In this document: positions 44,643 to 50,830 of the stretch, one piece after another
Layout of the letters: each line of letters starts with the position of its first letter
Position numbering within the stretch: the first letter of the stretch is position 1
DNA from: a virus
Lineage: Duplodnaviria; Caudoviricetes
Length of the DNA: 50,830 nucleotides
Direction: 5' to 3' (one strand)
Virus record (IMG/VR): IMGVR_UViG_3300037521_000133
Coordinates: 1-50,830 of that record
Program-made: the position numbers and the translations under genes
Notes under the pieces: model-generated
The model's input: the letters and a program-made list of their open reading frames with translations, nothing else
Database searches by the model: none
Told to the model about the DNA's origin: nothing

Positions 44643-46962
44643 GAACTATTCTACTCGTAATTATCCTGCGGGGAATGAATTTGAGTTATCGAATGCTACA
44701 CAATTCGTCACTGATGTAATTGATATTGTTGTTGATTTTGATTTTGAGAGTTCAATGGCTTTTCAAGTTCAGATAGTTGACCAGTTTTCTATTAAAATCC
44801 TTGGCGGGAATTGGCAACAACTTGGATTTAAGATCGGTCATGTTTTAGACTTAAGCGGAAGTATCCTAAACGGAGGAAACACGGTAATATATAACCCGTT
44901 GAATGTTACCGTTACAAATGTTGTGGGTGATATAATGACTTTCAATACAACGTTAGAAGATCCCGTACCTTTTCCACCATCTCAAACGACCTCTGTTGTG
45001 GGCCAATTAATGCCACAACCAAGCGGAAGCACTTCAAACACAACACTTGGAATCGTAAACACCTCCATAACTGCCCCTGAATCGATTGAGATATTTCATA
45101 ATCTAGTACAAAACTCTTCGCAAGGTTCTGACTTTTCGCTATTTGATGGTGAGGTAAATAGATTTAGAGCGATAGGAACGGACGCAATGGGTATCGGTGC
45201 ATTCATAACAATGACTCAATTGGGTGATAAATCTGGAGGTACTTATAAATCTGTAATTCTTGAACGGCTTGCAGATGTAGGTGGCAAGTTCTCTTATCAA
45301 ATAGTATTCATTTTAGCGAACCCTTATAAATTTGAGGCTGCTAATTTCGATGAGCCAACACAATACAACGGAAGCGCATCTCTAAAGCCGTATTACAGGA
45401 TACTTGCACTTCCTGTAGCGAATGATCCAAATAGCTTCTTAGAAGCGACATATGCCGTACAACAAGGCAATTTGGGTTGGTATAATGAAAGTTACAACCA
45501 AGGGAGTAATGATTTTGTTGTCGAATCGGTTACTTTCGCAACGGTTGGGGCTGTTCAATTGGCAAAACCAGACTACTCACAAATAAACGTAGTCACGGTA
45601 GTAATATCAGGTAGTGTTAATTTCATAGAGAAGATCGAGGGGGAGTTTTATTTGATACCGCCAATCGATACAGTGAAAAACCAACTTGACAACCAAGGTG
45701 ATAGCACATCGCTTTCGAATTTTTACTTTGATGATACGGGCGCACCATTTATAGAAATATATGTTTTTGGGAGTGGAGGGGCAACAATTCCAACAAGTGC
45801 GCACTCGATAGTTATAGGGGCGAATGAAATCACAATTTCTTTTAGGCTTAACCCAACGGCTAACTTCGAGGCTTTGGTAGATGCTCTTAATGATGATCAA
45901 CGAAACTACAGAATAGGGTTAAATGTCGAAAGTGTTGGAGGTACTGTTAATGTGAATAATTCTGTTTCTTTAGCTGTAAGCGAGGGGTTAATGGAAAAAG
46001 CCCCTTTGATAGGTGGTGATTTTGACGGACTACGATCGGCAACATTTTACAACCATAAAAATATAATTGGTGGTGCGGGTGCTGCAACATTCCCAGGCAA
46101 TCCCGAAGATGATGTATTGTATTATGCAAATATTGATTTTGAGAAAGCCGATACATGGTCTAGCGCGACACTCGATATTCGAATCACAAGAGATTCGGAT
46201 GGGTTGTTTTTTATACTTGATGAGCAATTTATCCCATTCGGATCATACGTTACAACAAACGATGGTGTTCAGCAGATAGATTTTTTACAGCAAATTCAAC
46301 AATATTTAGAGTCTCCAGATAGAAATAAGATTCAAATGTTGGTCAATGGAAACGATACACCAACGACATACGAACTTGATATTATTTGGTCAATCATGAT
46401 TAACTGGCGAAAATGGATAGCTCAATCAAATGCTTTTGTTGATTTCTACGATAATACATTACCTCACAACGGACTCAATAGAGAGTGGATGCGTTATTTA
46501 CGAATAGCGGGTTATACTTTATCCGTTGAGGTTACTTTGATAGATGACGCAAATACGGCGTTTAGATTTGGATCTGAAATTACATTAGTTGATTATGATG
46601 ATACTCCAGATGTGACGACAACGGTTTTATATTATGATGAGAATGATGTAGCGACTCCTAATTTTATAAATGGTCAAACAAACCGTATTGAGGCTACGCA
46701 TGTAAATAATGTTGGCGCGTGGAATCAAGATGATACGTGGGGATGGAACTCATTGAGACCTGAAGGTGATGAACCAAATAAACGAATTTCAACAGTTTGG
46801 GATTGGACATCGCAAAACCTACCGTTAAAACCATTGGCGGGGTTTACGAAAGCCAAAATAACATATCCTGTAGCGAACACATGTATAATTGAATGCGGTG
46901 TAGACACAAACATGACAACAGATATTAGTTCAGTAATTGTAAAAATTGATGACGCGAAATAA
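44620..46962 (+). CDS. Tail/baseplate structural protein
   Basis: 780 aa, beta-rich and acidic, in the tail module. Confidence 0.65.
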   Translation: MATTIENKNYSTRNYPAGNEFELSNATQFVTDVIDIVVDFDFESSMAFQVQIVDQFSIKILGGNWQQLGFKIGHVLDLSGSILNGGNTVIYNPLNVTVTNVVGDIMTFNTTLEDPVPFPPSQTTSVVGQLMPQPSGSTSNTTLGIVNTSITAPESIEIFHNLVQNSSQGSDFSLFDGEVNRFRAIGTDAMGIGAFITMTQLGDKSGGTYKSVILERLADVGGKFSYQIVFILANPYKFEAANFDEPTQYNGSASLKPYYRILALPVANDPNSFLEATYAVQQGNLGWYNESYNQGSNDFVVESVTFATVGAVQLAKPDYSQINVVTVVISGSVNFIEKIEGEFYLIPPIDTVKNQLDNQGDSTSLSNFYFDDTGAPFIEIYVFGSGGATIPTSAHSIVIGANEITISFRLNPTANFEALVDALNDDQRNYRIGLNVESVGGTVNVNNSVSLAVSEGLMEKAPLIGGDFDGLRSATFYNHKNIIGGAGAATFPGNPEDDVLYYANIDFEKADTWSSATLDIRITRDSDGLFFILDEQFIPFGSYVTTNDGVQQIDFLQQIQQYLESPDRNKIQMLVNGNDTPTTYELDIIWSIMINWRKWIAQSNAFVDFYDNTLPHNGLNREWMRYLRIAGYTLSVEVTLIDDANTAFRFGSEITLVDYDDTPDVTTTVLYYDENDVATPNFINGQTNRIEATHVNNVGAWNQDDTWGWNSLRPEGDEPNKRISTVWDWTSQNLPLKPLAGFTKAKITYPVANTCIIECGVDTNMTTDISSVIVKIDDAK

Positions 46963-48647
46963 TGGCAAAGAACGTACACATAGAAGAAGTATCTAAAATT
47001 AGAATTCCATCCGTTGCAACAATGGAGGATCGCGGGTTAAAGTTCTGTAAAACACCTATTCGCGCAGTTGCTACTTTGGATTCTGTTGATTTAGATAAGA
47101 ATTCAAGACTAGGATTGGCTTATAAATTCGATGTCATTACTGTTGAACTTGAGCGCCAAAGAGATGGTGTTACAATTCCCGCTCCTGGAATAGCGGTTAA
47201 TTTTCCACATCAATCTGACGCTATTGGATTTATTATTGATTGGCGACAACTTACACGATCAGGGCCAGGAGGTGTTGAACTTGATCAAGGATGTTATAGA
47301 GTTAAAGTTAATTGGACGGCTGGCATTGCTGCGGGATTCTTTTACGAGTGTTCAATAAACCTTTTGCAGTACAACAATTTCAACACCGAGGATCATGTGA
47401 ACATGTTTGTTGTTTTAAATGACTATGTGAAGCACCAAGGAATCAACTATAAAGATTCTGGATTCGCTACAACTATAATGTTTAGAGGTCAATTTGGGTA
47501 TATGCAGCCTAACTATTTGACTGTAAACAATATTTATTCCTCAGATGATTCTCGCAGGAAAGTAGACATTAAAGCGATTAGAACGTATGAACTTAGAACA
47601 AATCAACTTCTATCATGTGTTACTCAACAAATCGACGAACGGTATCTTTTAGCCGCTAATCAGATATATATAACCGATTGGAACGCAAATAATCATGTTC
47701 GGGGTGAGTATGTGAACTTCCCAGTAATTTTATCTGAGGACGAAAGCCCTAGTTTTGAATATAACACAGGGGTTTTTGCAAAAATGACAGCTGTATTTAA
47801 GGATAAACAGCAACTTTTCGAAAGTAAATACAATGGTGACATTAAGGGATCTGATAATATTATCCTTGAATTGCCTTTATTGATTGGGTCAGGTGCGGAA
47901 TGTGAGCCTGATTATTATTTAGATTTGTTTTTGACGGCTACGGGAATAACCGACCCAATAATAGTAGCAGCACTTACAGTGTTCGTTAATGAGCTTAAAA
48001 TAAACAACCTTTGGAACAAGATAACTGCATTGTGGCCTTTTGTTGGAGGAACCGCTGCGACACATAAGTACAATTTAAAAGACGCTAGAGACCTTGATGA
48101 AGCGCATAGATTAGAGTTTATTGGTACGTGGGTACATGATTCTGACGGTGCAGCTTCTGACGGTATTGCGGGATCCTATGGTGATACAAACTATAACGCC
48201 GAACAACAAAATCCTGTTCGTTACAAGCATTTGAGCGGATACATTCAAACGGATCTTGCTGGCGGGTTAATAGGCGCGGTACAAAACCCTGCCGATCAAA
48301 TAGTCCAATTGGGCGGTTCGTTGTTTAGTTCGCTATCTGGTGGTGTGTTAAGCTCTGCCGTTGCAGCCGATAAAGGTCTGTATCTCGTTACAAGGGATGA
48401 CAATACCGACTCAAGAACTTATATTAATGGTGTCTTGGCATATACGGCAGTTGGTGGAATACTCGGTCTAGGAAACAAAGATTTGAACTATTATTTTGCT
48501 GCGAGAAATAACGATGGTGTTGCTGATTTTTTAATGGATAATCCATATAGCCTTTTAACAATTGGTAAGGCGTTTGATGCTACAGAACAAGCAGCGTTTG
48601 ACACAATTGTAACGACCTTTCAAACAGCATTAAGTAGAAATGTATAA
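46962..48647 (+). CDS. Tail protein with C-terminal lectin/LamG-like domain (candidate receptor-binding protein)
   Basis: Two-part protein; LWNKITALWPFVGG...HKYNL...YING...FQTALSRNV. Confidence 0.6.
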   Translation: MAKNVHIEEVSKIRIPSVATMEDRGLKFCKTPIRAVATLDSVDLDKNSRLGLAYKFDVITVELERQRDGVTIPAPGIAVNFPHQSDAIGFIIDWRQLTRSGPGGVELDQGCYRVKVNWTAGIAAGFFYECSINLLQYNNFNTEDHVNMFVVLNDYVKHQGINYKDSGFATTIMFRGQFGYMQPNYLTVNNIYSSDDSRRKVDIKAIRTYELRTNQLLSCVTQQIDERYLLAANQIYITDWNANNHVRGEYVNFPVILSEDESPSFEYNTGVFAKMTAVFKDKQQLFESKYNGDIKGSDNIILELPLLIGSGAECEPDYYLDLFLTATGITDPIIVAALTVFVNELKINNLWNKITALWPFVGGTAATHKYNLKDARDLDEAHRLEFIGTWVHDSDGAASDGIAGSYGDTNYNAEQQNPVRYKHLSGYIQTDLAGGLIGAVQNPADQIVQLGGSLFSSLSGGVLSSAVAADKGLYLVTRDDNTDSRTYINGVLAYTAVGGILGLGNKDLNYYFAARNNDGVADFLMDNPYSLLTIGKAFDATEQAAFDTIVTTFQTALSRNV

Positions 48648-48652
48648 ATATT

Positions 48653-49462
48653 ATGGCTGATAGATTTAAAATACAGGGAAATGACTTTCTAATTTTTGAT
48701 AGTGCTGCACCAAAGGATGAATCTTTGCGGTACAATCGCGCTTTGTTGGGATTCCAAAAAACTGCAACTGATATTTATCTTTTCAAGAAACTGGAGCATG
48801 AAACGGTGAAAGGCCGTGGTAATGGTTATCCATTTGCAAACATTATAAATGACGACACTGGACTTGCTTTTACTTCGCCTGACGAATTAAACCTATTCTT
48901 ATCCACGAATCTAGGTAGTTTGGTTCCTGCGGTACTCCCTGAGCGACCAAAAGGAATAGTCGATTTCTTTATAGATACGATTGGTCATGTTGGCACAGGA
49001 GTTGGCTGGGGGGATATTGGACTAATTGGTGATGTTCCTGTAGTTCTTTTCGATAAGAACGCAGAAGAGGCACAGGTGGACACGTTTAAAGTGCTGTCGC
49101 GAATATTGTTAGCTGATGTTGATCCAATTATTCGGTTCGTTACTTATTCTACGGGCTTACCAGTATTAACAACAGGCGATAGTGTTCGTTGGCAATTAGA
49201 GGCTCGGTATATTTCTGAGGACGAACTGGCGACAAAATCACCTGACGAAACATTATTGATAACTCAAACATTTCCATATATAACGGCAAATGATAGACAA
49301 GATGATTTATCGTTTACATTAGATCGTACATTAATGACGCTACAGGATAGTATACACCTTACTCTTAGTCGAATTGCTGGCGATGGTGCGGACAACTATA
49401 ATGCAGATGTTGGTGCAAGTGAATCGGATTTAAGTGTGGAGGTTACGACATTTAATCCGTAA
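48653..49462 (+). CDS. Putative tail-associated protein
   Basis: 269 aa in the tail module. Confidence 0.55.
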   Translation: MADRFKIQGNDFLIFDSAAPKDESLRYNRALLGFQKTATDIYLFKKLEHETVKGRGNGYPFANIINDDTGLAFTSPDELNLFLSTNLGSLVPAVLPERPKGIVDFFIDTIGHVGTGVGWGDIGLIGDVPVVLFDKNAEEAQVDTFKVLSRILLADVDPIIRFVTYSTGLPVLTTGDSVRWQLEARYISEDELATKSPDETLLITQTFPYITANDRQDDLSFTLDRTLMTLQDSIHLTLSRIAGDGADNYNADVGASESDLSVEVTTFNP

Positions 49463-49494
49463 TTTAGAACAAATACTAATTAAAATTTTATCTT

Positions 49495-49881
49495 ATGGCA
49501 GGAGACGAAGCATATATACCAATTCATTCTAATGGGGATGACATATCTCAAACGCCTAATATGAAGTTGATTGATGTTTTAGGAACGTTTTACAATTCTC
49601 TGTTTAAAATACAGGAGGTTTCAGCAAATCATAATGCAGCAAGCGGAGAAATGATTTATATGACGACAGGGGCGACAGGTAAAGATATTGTTCTACCAGC
49701 AGTTGTAGCAGGGAAAACTATAGTGGTGTTTGCAACGAAAGCAGATAATGGAGCGGGAGCGGTTACGGTTAAGTGTACGGGTGAAGATTTAATCGAAGGT
49801 AACACAACTGACACGCTTTCTGCGCAGTTTGACAAACAAAAGTATATTAGTGTGAACGGGACGGATTATTTAAAATGGTAA
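49495..49881 (+). CDS. Putative tail fibre-associated protein
   Basis: IVLPA...K.D...VTV....IEG...L...NGT pattern, similar in style to 34543. Confidence 0.55.
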   Translation: MAGDEAYIPIHSNGDDISQTPNMKLIDVLGTFYNSLFKIQEVSANHNAASGEMIYMTTGATGKDIVLPAVVAGKTIVVFATKADNGAGAVTVKCTGEDLIEGNTTDTLSAQFDKQKYISVNGTDYLKW

Positions 49882-49915
49882 TTTGCGGTATTATTAATCA
49901 TTAAAAAATATAATT

Positions 49916-50110
49916 ATGGGTGCAGTAACGATTGAAGCTTTTAACGGGAACGGTGAACCAATTTCGTTAACAGGAGTAGACCTTTCGCAGGGAGATGTAA
50001 CGATATCGACTATTGATGAAAATCAGGATTGGACATTGAAAACAATAGATGACAGTCCAGAAACGTACGAATCAGATTTTTCGGGCGGTAGACCTGATGG
50101 ACGTTCGTAA
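49916..50110 (+). CDS. Small acidic hypothetical protein
   Basis: 64 aa, good start context. Confidence 0.55.
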   Translation: MGAVTIEAFNGNGEPISLTGVDLSQGDVTISTIDENQDWTLKTIDDSPETYESDFSGGRPDGRS

Positions 50111-50427
50111 TGAGTACGTGGCAAAAAATATGGTTTCTATTAGGATTCATAAGTGTTGAATTAGCCTATGCAGCATATCCTTTATTGTGGGAAGGTGCTT
50201 GGTACGATTTAGTTGCAATATCATTTATGGCTTTTACCAGAGTCATATACCTACAGAGTAAAGGCAATTGGTCAATAGCATGTTTTACCGTTTGGTTATT
50301 CGCTTGTAATAATCTGATGGATGAACTATTCTTTGATCCAACTGAAATGGATTACAACGAACATGTAGGATTCTTGTTGATAATCCTTATAGTGACTATA
50401 CAGCGCAAGAAATGGACTAGAAAATGA
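50110..50427 (+). CDS. Multi-pass membrane protein (lysis module candidate)
   Basis: Three to four hydrophobic segments, basic C-terminus. Confidence 0.6.
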   Translation: MSTWQKIWFLLGFISVELAYAAYPLLWEGAWYDLVAISFMAFTRVIYLQSKGNWSIACFTVWLFACNNLMDELFFDPTEMDYNEHVGFLLIILIVTIQRKKWTRK

Positions 50428-50723
50428 GAAACGTTAACTTTTGGGAAGACTTCGGAATACACATTGAGATAATACTAGCAGGTGTACTTGGTGGTTTATT
50501 ATCTCTCGAAGATAAAAAGGGTCTTTCTACATGGGAGAAAATCGGTGTATTTATGTCAGGAGGTGTTATCAGTAACTATTTGACACCTATCATAGTAGAC
50601 TGGACAGGAATCGGACAAAATTACACGTATGGTTTAGCGTTTCTTCTTGGTTATACAGGATTAACAGGAGTCAAAATTCTTGTACTTTATATTCATAGGA
50701 AGTTTCTCAAGAAAAAAGATTAA
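50424..50723 (+). CDS. Putative holin
   Basis: Three TM segments (LAGVLGGLLS; SNYLTP; AFLLGYTG), basic tail, end of late operon. Confidence 0.7.
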   Translation: MRNVNFWEDFGIHIEIILAGVLGGLLSLEDKKGLSTWEKIGVFMSGGVISNYLTPIIVDWTGIGQNYTYGLAFLLGYTGLTGVKILVLYIHRKFLKKKD

Positions 50724-50830
50724 CTAAATTATCCTATCTTTACGGTGTGTCTGGAAGCACAAATAAGAACTTTACAAATTCCCTCGATTAAGTGGTCTTC
50801 CAGACGCTTGGTTGGGGGTTTTGTGTTTAA
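50713..50830. repeat. Terminal direct repeat, right copy
   Basis: Identical to 1-118. Confidence 0.95.

Noticed and set aside
50713-50830. 118-bp terminal repeat as a biological DTR or att site
   Set aside because: It is exact and cuts through the holin stop and leader A, as expected of an assembler overlap on a circularly permuted genome
1-50830. CRISPR array, diversity-generating retroelement, retron or IS element
   Set aside because: No regularly spaced repeat-spacer array, reverse transcriptase or transposase motifs were seen

Overview
The window is a complete, circularly permuted ~50.7 kb tailed-phage genome. Positions 1-118 recur exactly at 50713-50830, giving a unit length of 50,712 bp. 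The host is most likely Bacteroidota (inferred from TAnnTTTG-type -7 promoter boxes and A-rich, Shine-Dalgarno-less start contexts). Layout: early/accessory genes (1-9 kb); recombination and replication (Rad52-like annealase, YqaJ-like exonuclease, DEDD exonuclease, initiator with iterons, SF4 helicase, HD hydrolase, NinG; 9-21 kb); an accessory cluster (retropepsin-like protease, LuxR-type HTH, secreted and membrane proteins, minimal protein kinase; 22.5-25.8 kb); terminase, portal, scaffold, capsid, siphovirus-like tail and a holin (26-50.7 kb). There are four DNA methyltransferase loci and three YopX paralogs. No integrase or clear repressor was recognised. The most unusual signal is non-coding: (1) a family of 4-5 operon leaders made of two hairpins whose loops are complementary within each copy but differ between copies (co-varying kissing-loop 'barcodes'); (2) a small promoter-terminator unit antisense to the start-codon regions of both duplicated early promoters; (3) an AACRGACT box repeated seven times in the packaging/head module, four times directly abutting ATG; (4) two tRNA-like RNAs with abnormal interiors. 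Also notable is a two-frame (nested-subunit) C5 cytosine methyltransferase carrying an amber codon at a probable Trp position. All protein calls come from motif recognition by eye, not database searches.
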